From NCBI GenBank assembly GCA_018384745.1, contig JAHAYH010000029.1, forward strand, positions 2,119 to 66,118: DNA of 64,000 nucleotides, read 5' to 3'. A program made the translations under genes and the position numbers. The stretch is from Caryophanon sp. GTDB taxonomy: Bacteria > Bacillota > Bacilli > Bacillales_A > Planococcaceae. Shown one piece after another: positions 1 through 8,536 of the stretch (the stretch's first letter is position 1; each line of letters starts with the position of its first letter). Below the pieces are notes generated by a model that had not been told where the DNA came from, ran no database searches, and saw only the letters and a list, made by a program, of their open reading frames with translations.

Positions 1-26
1 AATAAGGCGACAATCGCTGCAATCAT
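1..26 (-). CDS. 5' end of an unidentified gene running off the window (first 8 codons MIAAIVAL, hydrophobic)
   Basis: ATG at 26..24 preceded by GGAG (35..32) with a 5-nt spacer. Only 26 nt are visible, so no product call is possible. Confidence 0.3.
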
Positions 27-34
27 ACTTTCTC

Positions 35-337
35 CTATCCGCTAAAATCCACAAAGTTCCCTTTAAACGGATGTTTCGCTCGTTTAGCTAGCTGTTCGTT
101 CTTTTTTCGTTCTTGTTGTTCGCGCTCTTGCTCGCGCTGACGTTCCTCTTCTTCATTAATGCCTGTTAAGCCGTCTGTTTCATTCACAATTTTTTGTTGG
201 CGCTCAACTTCACGCTTCAACGCTTCATTTGCATGCATTTGTTGATTCGCTACATGCTGTTGCTGTTGCTCGACGACCTTTCCTGCATCAAATGTTTTAG
301 GAATCGCAATTTGTAATTCTACACCTTTTAAGCTCAT
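35..337 (-). CDS. hypothetical Gln/Glu-rich protein (about 100 aa) immediately downstream of sigD
   Basis: ATG at 337 preceded by AAGGGGTGG; the ORF-track start at 346 is GTG. It lies 12 nt after the sigD stop. No TM segment; charged tract EEEERQREQEREQQERKK. It occupies the position swrB has in B. subtilis, but I see no resemblance. Confidence 0.6.
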   Translation of the reverse strand: MSLKGVELQIAIPKTFDAGKVVEQQQQHVANQQMHANEALKREVERQQKIVNETDGLTGINEEEERQREQEREQQERKKNEQLAKRAKHPFKGNFVDFSG

Positions 338-349
338 ACCGTCCACCCC

Positions 350-1120
350 TTACGCATTTAACATTTCGCTCATGAGTAATTTGCGCAATTTAAACAACGC
401 TTTTGAATGAATTTGTGAAATACGTGATGTTGATAAATCTAAAATTTCACCAATCTCCGTCAACGTTAGTTCTTCTGTATAAAATAAGCTTAACACGAGT
501 TGTTCTTTGTCGTTTAGCTTTTCAATATTCGCCATTAAATCACGAATCAATTCCGATTTCACAACTTGTTGTTCCGGCGTTTTCATCGCATCATCTCGAA
601 TGACGAACGATTTGCCTTCCACTTCCTCTTGATCGTCAAACTGTTCATTGATCGATAACACATTGGAGAAGAAATGCTCCTGCACCGTTTGATATACTTC
701 ATCAACTGATAAGTTCGCATGTGCAGCAATTTCTTCTGGCGTTACATGACGCATAAGTTGCTGTTCAAGTACCTCAATTTGCACATCTAACTTTTTCGCT
801 TTTTCACGTGCTGAACGCGGCAGCCAGTCTTCTTTTCGCAAACCATCGATAATTGCACCTCTCACACGGAATGACGCATACGTATCAAACTTTAAATCAC
901 GTTGAATGTCAAACTTATTCAACGCATCAAACAATCCCATCATTCCTAAACTCGTTAAATCGTCGCGAGAAACATTTTTCGGTAAGCCCGCTGCAATGCG
1001 CTGTACATGATAAGAAACGAGCGGCGTATATTTTTTCACTAATATGTCGCCAACTAACGGGTCTTTCTCTTTTGCCCAACGCATCCAAAGCTTTTGTTCT
1101 TCGGATTTATCTTGAGTCAT
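350..1120 (-). CDS. sigD: flagellar sigma factor SigD/FliA (sigma-28)
   Basis: 256 aa. Sigma-70 region 2 (DLTSLGMMGLFDALNKFD) and region 4.2 HTH (LTLTEIGEILDLSTSRISQIHSKAL). Located at the distal end of the fla/che cluster. Confidence 0.95.
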   Translation of the reverse strand: MTQDKSEEQKLWMRWAKEKDPLVGDILVKKYTPLVSYHVQRIAAGLPKNVSRDDLTSLGMMGLFDALNKFDIQRDLKFDTYASFRVRGAIIDGLRKEDWLPRSAREKAKKLDVQIEVLEQQLMRHVTPEEIAAHANLSVDEVYQTVQEHFFSNVLSINEQFDDQEEVEGKSFVIRDDAMKTPEQQVVKSELIRDLMANIEKLNDKEQLVLSLFYTEELTLTEIGEILDLSTSRISQIHSKALFKLRKLLMSEMLNA

Positions 1121-1155
1121 GAAACCACCTCTTTCATCATGAATCCTTTCCAGTT

Positions 1156-1164
1156 ATTATATCA
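1156..1164 (-). promoter_or_regulatory. candidate extended -10 promoter element for sigD (TGATATAAT)
   Basis: The minus strand reads TGATATAAT about 35 nt upstream of the sigD ATG. The -35 is poor (AGAAAC at 17-nt spacing), which extended -10 promoters tolerate. Confidence 0.3.
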
Positions 1165-1314
1165 AATTTAACATACTAGTTTCTATTTTACCTTACGTAA
1201 TTTGTGCTAAACATCGTTCACATCGTGAAATATTTTTCGAAAAATGTCACATATATTCTTGCTCATTCTATAATTTCACGACAATATAACTTAAATTTTA
1301 TCAACCTATTCCTT

Positions 1315-1350
1315 AAATAGAAAAATACTACAGTAAATATACTGTAGTAT
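1315..1350 (-). terminator. intrinsic-terminator-like hairpin after the 118-aa ORF, upstream of sigD
   Basis: 11-bp inverted repeat 1325..1335 / 1340..1350 (ATACTACAGTA / TACTGTAGTAT) with a 4-nt loop, followed on the minus strand by TTTTCTATTT. The stem is AT-rich, so termination is probably partial. Confidence 0.5.
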
Positions 1351-1354
1351 TGGG

Positions 1355-1711
1355 TTACTTCGCTTCTGCAGGTTGCTCCGTATGTAGCATCGTGCGTACA
1401 ACTTCTGCAATCTCTTCAGAATTTTCGTCGTTAAATTCAATTGTTGAATTCTTTTCCTGCATTTGCAGTTCATCTTCTTGTAACTGCTGCGCATTTGCTA
1501 GCTGTTCATTATCGATCTCGGGTGTATACATAACATACGAAATAATGTAACGAATAACATACGCTGCAAAAAAGGCGATGATTGCTGTTGCAAAACAACC
1601 AAACAGCACACGCGGTGTTGCGTATGGTGATTGCATTGCGATAAAAAAATGCACTGAAAATGCGGCAAGCGCAATCCAGCAGTTGTAAAAAATATTTCCA
1701 TATAACGTCAT
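1355..1711 (-). CDS. hypothetical small membrane protein (118 aa; two predicted TM helices plus an acidic C-terminal tail)
   Basis: The ATG overlaps the cheD stop (ATGA at 1708..1711) and is preceded by AAGGAGTGA with a 7-nt spacer. Hydrophobic segments IFYNCWIALAAFSVHFFIA and LFGCFATAIIAFFAAYVIRYII; tail DNEQLANAQQLQEDELQMQEKNSTIEFNDENSEE. Confidence 0.7.
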   Translation of the reverse strand: MTLYGNIFYNCWIALAAFSVHFFIAMQSPYATPRVLFGCFATAIIAFFAAYVIRYIISYVMYTPEIDNEQLANAQQLQEDELQMQEKNSTIEFNDENSEEIAEVVRTMLHTEQPAEAK

Positions 1712-2199
1712 AGCTGCGTCACTCCTTGATTCACTGTACGAACATGTAGAATGGACGTTGCTGGATCAAACTCAATTGTTCGTCCACTGTTGCCACCCGT
1801 ATCTTCTGCTACAAGTTGAATCGCTAACTTGCGTAACTGTGTTTTAACCGCTTCGACATTGCGTGGTCCAATGCGCATCGAATCTTTGTCCGACGTGAAC
1901 TGAAACATTTGCGCACCTCCAGCAATCTTTGCTTTTAATCGAAGTGCCCCTTGTCGCTTTAATGTCTCGGCCATTGCCTTCACACCAGTATCCGCAAATT
2001 TCGCTTCATTTATTTGTGTGGTACGATTTAATGTCGAATCAGGTAGCATCACATGCACTAAGCCTGCTAGTTTCTTTGATTCATCATAAAGCACTACTCC
2101 AACACACGAACCTAGCCCCGACGTTCGGATCGTTGAAGGCTCTTTTGCCACATCCATTTGAGCAATGCCTACTTTTACAACTTGGTTATTCGTTAGCAT
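1708..2199 (-). CDS. cheD: chemoreceptor glutamine deamidase CheD
   Basis: 163 aa. CheD catalytic-Cys context GLGSCVGVVLYD and HVMLP. Follows cheC as in B. subtilis. Confidence 0.93.
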   Translation of the reverse strand: MLTNNQVVKVGIAQMDVAKEPSTIRTSGLGSCVGVVLYDESKKLAGLVHVMLPDSTLNRTTQINEAKFADTGVKAMAETLKRQGALRLKAKIAGGAQMFQFTSDKDSMRIGPRNVEAVKTQLRKLAIQLVAEDTGGNSGRTIEFDPATSILHVRTVNQGVTQL

Positions 2200-2200
2200 G

Positions 2201-2833
2201 TTATGCTACCCCAAGCGCCTTGAAAATCTTCATAAATGTTTGAGGATCCGGCAATAAAAAGAAGTTGCCTTTTAACGATTGACGTACCCCTTCGCCTTCC
2301 TCAAAGATCGATGTATTAATAACAATTACTTGATCTGTCACGTACGATAAATCAATTAAACCGATGCTAATAATTGCTCCGAACATATCAATACTCAACC
2401 CTGGTACTGTTGGATATAATTTTAACCCTGTAAAGTCCGATAATGCTGACAAATACGACCCCGATAAAATATTGCCCATTTCCTGCATCGCCGATAAGCC
2501 TAGCTCAGATACAGGAGGATGATATAAATCGAACGTATCATCGCAAATTAAGCTGCGAATGAAATGATTTGCCTGTTCCACTGGTAAAATGAAAAACATA
2601 CTGCCATCTGCATCGCCTTCAATGCGAAGGAAAATACCAACGACAACTTCTTCTGCTCCACCTGCAAGCTCCATCATTTCATCAAATGAAACGGTTTGAA
2701 CACTCGGAACATGCATGTCGATTTTGCGTTGCAAAAGATCCGACAACGCCGTTGCTGCATGCGCAGCGCCGATGTTGCCGATTTCCTTTAACACATCTAA
2801 ATGGAGCGATGTAATCGACGTTTCTTCCGTCAT
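2201..2833 (-). CDS. cheC: CheY-P phosphatase CheC
   Basis: 210 aa. Two CheC-type E-x2-N motifs (LKEIGNIGAAHAATALS and MQEMGNILSGSYLSALS). Confidence 0.92.
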   Translation of the reverse strand: MTEETSITSLHLDVLKEIGNIGAAHAATALSDLLQRKIDMHVPSVQTVSFDEMMELAGGAEEVVVGIFLRIEGDADGSMFFILPVEQANHFIRSLICDDTFDLYHPPVSELGLSAMQEMGNILSGSYLSALSDFTGLKLYPTVPGLSIDMFGAIISIGLIDLSYVTDQVIVINTSIFEEGEGVRQSLKGNFFLLPDPQTFMKIFKALGVA

Positions 2834-2846
2834 AATATCGCCTTCT

Positions 2847-3290
2847 TTACATAATTAATACTTTCTCTAAGTGAAGTAAAATTAATAAACGATTATCAAT
2901 TTTCGCCACGCCTGAAATGAACTCTTCTTCGTATGAACCAACGACCTCTGGTTGGGGCTCAATGGCCTCCATTGCGATATCTAACACATCGTTTGCTGAG
3001 TCTACAACGAAGCCGACTTCCATATCCTCTAGCTGAATAATGATGATGCGCGTCGTTTCTTCATCTGCTGGCAACGGTAAACCGAAGCGTTCACGCAAAT
3101 CAATAATTGGCGTTACAACACCACGTAAGTTAATAACACCTTTGACGTAATGTGGTGTTTTCGGTACACGTGTAATGTGCATTAGCTTTTCAATCCCGCG
3201 CACTTGTGCAACCGGCACTGCATATTCTTTATCGGCTAATTGAAAGACGATTACTTTCATTGATTCAACTTCTGTTGTTATGTTTGTCAT
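2847..3290 (-). CDS. cheW: chemotaxis coupling protein CheW
   Basis: 147 aa. CheW-like domain (VFQLADKEYAVPVAQVRGI ... INLRGVVTPIIDLR). Located between cheA and cheC. Confidence 0.93.
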   Translation of the reverse strand: MTNITTEVESMKVIVFQLADKEYAVPVAQVRGIEKLMHITRVPKTPHYVKGVINLRGVVTPIIDLRERFGLPLPADEETTRIIIIQLEDMEVGFVVDSANDVLDIAMEAIEPQPEVVGSYEEEFISGVAKIDNRLLILLHLEKVLIM

Positions 3291-3304
3291 CTAATTCACC
3301 CCGC

Positions 3305-5356
3305 TTACTTAATTAATGCGTTACAGTCAACAATTAACGCAACTTTACCGTTACCTAAAATCGTTGCACCTGAAATGGCAAAAATATTTGTTAAGTAGTT
3401 TCCTAAAGATTTTAATACAATTTCTTGTTGCCCAATGAATGAGTCAACAACAAGACCTGCAAGCTTATCATTTTTGCGTACGATGACAACAGAATGGAAG
3501 CCATCATTTGCTGGCTCTGTGCGTGGCACTTCAAAAATTTCTTCTAAGAATACAAGCGGTACAACTTTGCCACGGAAATCAATTACCTTCTGATTATGCG
3601 CATTTAAAATGTCTGATGTGCGAATAATAGATGTTTCAATAATTGATGATAATGGAATTGCATAAATTTCCTTCTCGATTTCGACAAGCATAACTGAAAT
3701 GATCGATAACGTTAATGGTAATTGAATCGAGAACACGGAACCTTTACCTGGCGTTGAATCGATTGAAATTTGACCACCAAGTGATTCAATCGTTGTTTTT
3801 ACAACGTCTAAGCCTACGCCACGACCTGAAATGTCTGAGATGACATCCGCTGTCGAGAAGCCTGCTGCCATAATGAACTCCGCTACTTGCTTATCCGATA
3901 ATGTCGGTGCTACTTCCGGTGTTACTAAGCCACGTGCAATCGCTTTGCTTAACACCTTCTCACGGTTAACGCCCGCACCATCGTCTTCGATTTCGATAAA
4001 CACATGGTTACCGCTATGGAAGGCGCGCAGTTGAACCGTTCCTTCTTCTGGCTTGCCGTTTGCACGACGCACTTCTGGTGATTCAATTCCGTGGTCAACC
4101 GAGTTACGAATTAAGTGAACAAGTGGGTCGCCGATTTCATCGATTACAGTACGGTCTAATTCCGTTTCAGCACCAATGACATCTAAGCGAATCTTTTTGT
4201 TTAAATCGCGTGAAATTTGACGAACCATTTTCGGGAAGCGGTTAAATACCGTTTCAACAGGGACCATGCGCATCGTTAAAACGATTGTTTGTAAATCCCC
4301 CATCGTACGGCTCATACGCTCGACTGTCTCGGTTAATTCACTATGGTTTACTTCACTTGAGATTGATTGTAAGCGCCCACGGTCAATAACAAGCTCTTCA
4401 AATAAGTTCATTAAAATGTCTAAACGCTCAATGTTGACACGAATCGTTTTGCTCGTTGCAACTTGCGCTTTCGCTGGGGCCTTTTCTGCCGGCTTTTGCT
4501 CCACCACTTGTGCAGGTGCTTGCTGCACTGGCGCTGTTTGTTGCACTGGTGCTACCACAGGCTCTGGCTGTTGCTGTTCTTCCGGTGCATTAAACTGCGC
4601 TTTTGAAACAGCCGTTACTTCCACAAGCTCGACTTCTGACACTTTTAATAGCTTCTCTTGTAACGCAGTTGTATCTTCTTTTGATACAAAGGCGATATAA
4701 AACTCGCTGTCAAATTGCTCTTCCTCTAGCTTTTCAACCGTTGGTACCGCCTTAATGACTTCACCGATCTTTTCTAAAATTTCAAATACCATAAACACAC
4801 GCGCTGCTTTTAATAAACAATCGTCGCGCAGTTTCACATAAATTTCATATACGGTAAAACCTTGATCAAATGATTGGTTAATGACCGTTTTTTCAAACGT
4901 ATCGAAGCTTAATTTTGATTCTACGGCTTCCGTTGCCACTTCTTCGACTTGTGGTACAGCGATTCCGTCAATTGGCTCCTGCGCTTCAATGCGCTTTAGC
5001 TTTTCAACCGTTTGTGACACGTCGCGTTTTCCGTCACCGCCACTTGCGATGTCGTTCACCATTTCTTCTAAGTGGTCAACGGATTCAAATACAACATCTA
5101 AAATTTCTGATGTTACAGAAATTTTTTCGTTGCGAATAGCATCGAGAACATTTTCCATTTTGTGCGTTAAATCGGCTAAATCTTCAAAGCCCATTGTCGC
5201 TGCCATGCCTTTTAGCGTATGTGCTGAGCGGAAAATCTCACTCACGATTGCTAAATCATTTGGATTTTTTTCTAAGTCTAATAGATGCTCACTACATGAT
5301 TGTAAATGCTCTTTACTTTCATCGATGAACATTTCTAAGTATTGATTCACTTCCAT
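3305..5356 (-). CDS. cheA: chemotaxis histidine kinase CheA
   Basis: 683 aa. HPt His in SAHTLKGMAATMGF, N box HLIRNSVDHGIE, G1 IEDDGAGV, G2 SGRGVGLDVV, and a C-terminal CheW-like domain. Confidence 0.97.
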   Translation of the reverse strand: MEVNQYLEMFIDESKEHLQSCSEHLLDLEKNPNDLAIVSEIFRSAHTLKGMAATMGFEDLADLTHKMENVLDAIRNEKISVTSEILDVVFESVDHLEEMVNDIASGGDGKRDVSQTVEKLKRIEAQEPIDGIAVPQVEEVATEAVESKLSFDTFEKTVINQSFDQGFTVYEIYVKLRDDCLLKAARVFMVFEILEKIGEVIKAVPTVEKLEEEQFDSEFYIAFVSKEDTTALQEKLLKVSEVELVEVTAVSKAQFNAPEEQQQPEPVVAPVQQTAPVQQAPAQVVEQKPAEKAPAKAQVATSKTIRVNIERLDILMNLFEELVIDRGRLQSISSEVNHSELTETVERMSRTMGDLQTIVLTMRMVPVETVFNRFPKMVRQISRDLNKKIRLDVIGAETELDRTVIDEIGDPLVHLIRNSVDHGIESPEVRRANGKPEEGTVQLRAFHSGNHVFIEIEDDGAGVNREKVLSKAIARGLVTPEVAPTLSDKQVAEFIMAAGFSTADVISDISGRGVGLDVVKTTIESLGGQISIDSTPGKGSVFSIQLPLTLSIISVMLVEIEKEIYAIPLSSIIETSIIRTSDILNAHNQKVIDFRGKVVPLVFLEEIFEVPRTEPANDGFHSVVIVRKNDKLAGLVVDSFIGQQEIVLKSLGNYLTNIFAISGATILGNGKVALIVDCNALIK

Positions 5357-5369
5357 CTAGAGGCCCCCC

Positions 5370-6521
5370 TTAAGGTACGTATTTCATAATCGTTTGTGCA
5401 ATATCATCCACGTCTGCAACTTCATCTACAAGCTGTGTTTCAACAGCTGCTTTTGGCATGCCATAGACGATGCATGTGTTTTGAGATTCTGCAATGGCTA
5501 ATACTGTGCCGCTGTTTTTCAATGCTTTTAAGCCTTGTGCGCCATCATGACCCATACCTGTCATGACAACTGCAACTTTATCGAAATCTGAATACTGACT
5601 GACACTTTCAAACATCACATCAACAGATGGACGATGCCCTGAACGTGCTGGCTCTTCATTATCAAGGACAATTCCAAATGACATGCCTACTTTACGCAGC
5701 TTTAAATGATAGCCACCTGGCGCTATATATGCTGTGCCATTTTGCAAAATATCACCATGCTCTGCTTCTTTTACTTGAATGGCACTCAACTGATTTAATC
5801 GGTTCGCAAGCGACTTCGTAAAGCCAGCTGGCATATGCTGTACGATTAAAATCGGCGCTTGCACAGAAGCTGGAATTTTCGTGACAACTTCCTGTAATGC
5901 GCGCGGACCGCCTGTTGATGTCCCAATAACAATTACTTTTTTCGATGTGCGTGACCATTTGTGCGCCGTGTTGTTTGTTACAACGGGTGGCACACTCGGT
6001 TTACGTACCGGTAGCACTGCAGTTGGCGTAGCTGGTCGTACAGGCGATGCTACTGTTGTACGAGCGTGTGTCGATGGCTGTACACGCGTTAGCGGCTTGC
6101 GTAGTTTTCGAACCGATACATTTACGGCATGTTCGATTTTTTGCACAAGCTCATCTTGAATTTTATGCAAATCTAGCGAGATCGTTCCACTTGGCTTGGC
6201 GATAAAATCAACGGCACCATTTTCCATCGCAATGAGCGTATTTTCAGCACCTTCTTGTGTTGTACTCGATAACATGACAATTGGTACCGGGTGTGTATCC
6301 ATAATTTTCTTCACTGCTTCTAAGCCGTTCATAATCGGCATTTCCACATCCATTGTGACAACATCTGGCTGTAATTGCTCGATTTTCAAAAGTGCATCTT
6401 TCCCATTGCGCGCTGTACCAGCAACTTCAATTGTTGGATGATTTTCAAAGAAATCTCCGATCAGCTTCCGCATAAATGCAGAATCATCGACAATTAATAA
6501 TTTCTTTTTTGACAAGCTCAC
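5370..6521 (-). CDS. cheB: chemotaxis methylesterase CheB (receiver plus esterase, long Pro/Thr/Val-rich linker)
   Basis: 383 aa. Receiver motifs LLIVDDSAFMR and DVVTMDVEMP. Esterase triad contexts STGGPRAL, VQHMPAGF and GMGHDG. The first codon is GTG, abutting the flhG stop, so the start is slightly uncertain. Confidence 0.93.
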   Translation of the reverse strand: MSLSKKKLLIVDDSAFMRKLIGDFFENHPTIEVAGTARNGKDALLKIEQLQPDVVTMDVEMPIMNGLEAVKKIMDTHPVPIVMLSSTTQEGAENTLIAMENGAVDFIAKPSGTISLDLHKIQDELVQKIEHAVNVSVRKLRKPLTRVQPSTHARTTVASPVRPATPTAVLPVRKPSVPPVVTNNTAHKWSRTSKKVIVIGTSTGGPRALQEVVTKIPASVQAPILIVQHMPAGFTKSLANRLNQLSAIQVKEAEHGDILQNGTAYIAPGGYHLKLRKVGMSFGIVLDNEEPARSGHRPSVDVMFESVSQYSDFDKVAVVMTGMGHDGAQGLKALKNSGTVLAIAESQNTCIVYGMPKAAVETQLVDEVADVDDIAQTIMKYVP

Positions 6522-7394
6522 CTAATCACGACCTTTCGAGAAAATTGAACGTAATTTCGTTAATAATTTACTGCCTTTCGCCGGTGCGTGTACTTCTTCA
6601 GCGCGGTGTTCTGTAAACGTCGTTACAATTTGCTGTAGCGTTCGTGTAATCGGTGCATTTGGATACAGCTCCGAAAACGGTACTTGTTGCTGAACCGCTT
6701 TGCGAACAAGAGGTTCTTCTGGTAATGAGCCAAGTACGACAACATCTTTATGTAAAAAGTTTGTCATTACGGTACGCAAACGCTGTAACGTTTCCCGCCC
6801 TTCTTCTGCATCGTATACGCGGTTACAAATTAAATAAAAATTCTTTTGCGCATCCTTTAAGTAAATATATTTCATCATGGAATAAGCATCTGTAATCGAG
6901 GTCGGTTCTGAAGTAGTAATAACAACTATATCATCGACAGAAACGAGTAAATCTAAAGACCAATTCGTCGCACCAGCACCCATATCAAATACGATGTAAT
7001 CGAATTGTTGCTGCAAGTATTCGAATGCTTCAATGAGCTTTTGGAACTGCGTATCCGTCCACTCAAGTAGGTTAGACATACCAGATCCGCCTCCGATATA
7101 GCATAAGCCATCCTCCCTCTGCAACATAACTTCTTCTAGTGATTTATTACCTTCTAAGTAATCTTTCAAACTATATGAAGCACTTTTCCCAATTAAAATA
7201 TGAATATTTCCCATACCAATATCCATATCTACGATAATTACTTTTTTCCCTCGTCGTACAAGTTCAAGTGAGAAGTTCGTTGTAAAGTTACTTTTACCAA
7301 CGCCACCCTTTCCACTAACAACCGCAATGGATCGGCCTAACTTGCCCTCATTTTGTAACAATTTTCTACGTAAGTTTTCTGCTTGATCCCTCAT
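6522..7394 (-). CDS. flhG: MinD-like ATPase FlhG (YlxH), flagellar number and placement regulator
   Basis: 290 aa. Deviant Walker A SGKGGVGKS. ATGA overlap with the flhF stop. Confidence 0.9.
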   Translation of the reverse strand: MRDQAENLRRKLLQNEGKLGRSIAVVSGKGGVGKSNFTTNFSLELVRRGKKVIIVDMDIGMGNIHILIGKSASYSLKDYLEGNKSLEEVMLQREDGLCYIGGGSGMSNLLEWTDTQFQKLIEAFEYLQQQFDYIVFDMGAGATNWSLDLLVSVDDIVVITTSEPTSITDAYSMMKYIYLKDAQKNFYLICNRVYDAEEGRETLQRLRTVMTNFLHKDVVVLGSLPEEPLVRKAVQQQVPFSELYPNAPITRTLQQIVTTFTEHRAEEVHAPAKGSKLLTKLRSIFSKGRD

Positions 7395-8536
7395 TCATGA
7401 TCTCCTTGGAATAACAATGCGATTAAACGATCTAAAGATGCTTCTTCTATATCTTCAGGTACTTCTTGCCCAGAAGTATAGTAAGAAAGACCTTTATTAT
7501 ATTTAACCATTAAATTTATCATTGTGCCAATAGAATTCGTCTCATCAAGCTTCGTAAATAAAAACTTTTCAAACGGCACGTTCATAAATTGATCGATGAC
7601 ATCACATAAGTCTTGTTCCTTCGCTGTTGAAGATAACACAATGTATGTTTCCATCTCATCATTGAAATTTAATAATTTCGTAATTTCTTCCACGTGACGC
7701 TGCTCTTTATAATTTCGTCCTGCTGTATCGACAAACACAACATCTTGACGCTTTAAGTTGTCCATCGCTTGCTCATAATCCGTCAATGAATACACAACTT
7801 CCACCGGTGCTTGTAACAGTCCTGCATATGTTTTTAACTGTTCAATCGCCGCGATTCGGTACGTATCCGTCGTCATGAAAGCAACTTTTTTCTTTTTTTC
7901 AAGCGCTGTTCGTGCTGCGATTTTGGCGATCGTTGTCGTCTTTCCAACACCCGTTGGACCAAGTAAGTGAATGAATTTTTTCGATTCATTAAACCCACCT
8001 ATTGGTAAATGTTGCAGTTTTGCTCGTAAAATTTTTGTCGTTGCTTGCTCCAACGCGATACGTGTTTTTGGCAACGTCTTTTTTTCAATCTGTTCGAAAA
8101 GCTCATCACCGATAACTGTGATGAGCTCTTCGTCTAGCTCTTGCTTTTTTAACATCGTTAAAAAGGCTGTTAGCTCTTTTGGATATTGTTGTTGTTGCTG
8201 TTGACGTGTCAATTCATGTAGCATCGCCTTTACATCGGCAAGTTCGCTGCGCAGCGACTCTGTATTGTCTACTGGCGCCGGCGACGTTTGCTTCTTAGAC
8301 GATTCTGTTTTAATAATAGCTGTTGGTAATGACCCTTTCGCAGGCGCTGCTGTTGGCACTTCTGTGACGTGATCAATGCCTGCTGTTACTTCAAACGTTT
8401 TTGTCGACATTAAACCTAATAATTTTTTCTTTTTAATGACGCGCTGGCTGATGATGACCGCATCATCACCAAGCTCTGCACGTACTTTTTTCATGACTTC
8501 TGGCATTGTCTCTGCCGTGAATTTTTTCATTTTCAT
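7391..8536 (-). CDS. flhF: SRP-type GTPase FlhF
   Basis: 381 aa. G1 [11 protein letters not shown]3 DTAGR, G4 TKLDE. ATGA overlap with the flhA stop. Confidence 0.93.
   Translation of the reverse strand: MKMKKFTAETMPEVMKKVRAELGDDAVIISQRVIKKKKLLGLMSTKTFEVTAGIDHVTEVPTAAPAKGSLPTAIIKTESSKKQTSPAPVDNTESLRSELADVKAMLHELTRQQQQQQYPKELTAFLTMLKKQELDEELITVIGDELFEQIEKKTLPKTRIALEQATTKILRAKLQHLPIGGFNESKKFIHLLGPTGVGKTTTIAKIAARTALEKKKKVAFMTTDTYRIAAIEQLKTYAGLLQAPVEVVYSLTDYEQAMDNLKRQDVVFVDTAGRNYKEQRHVEEITKLLNFNDEMETYIVLSSTAKEQDLCDVIDQFMNVPFEKFLFTKLDETNSIGTMINLMVKYNKGLSYYTSGQEVPEDIEEASLDRLIALLFQGDHE

Noticed and set aside
1211-1237. Weak SigD-like match (AAAA-N15-AACGATGT) in the sigD upstream spacer
   Set aside because: Only 5 of 8 positions match in the -10 element, and the core CCGATA is absent. 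This is not better than background; the repeats there are reported only as unexplained repeats.
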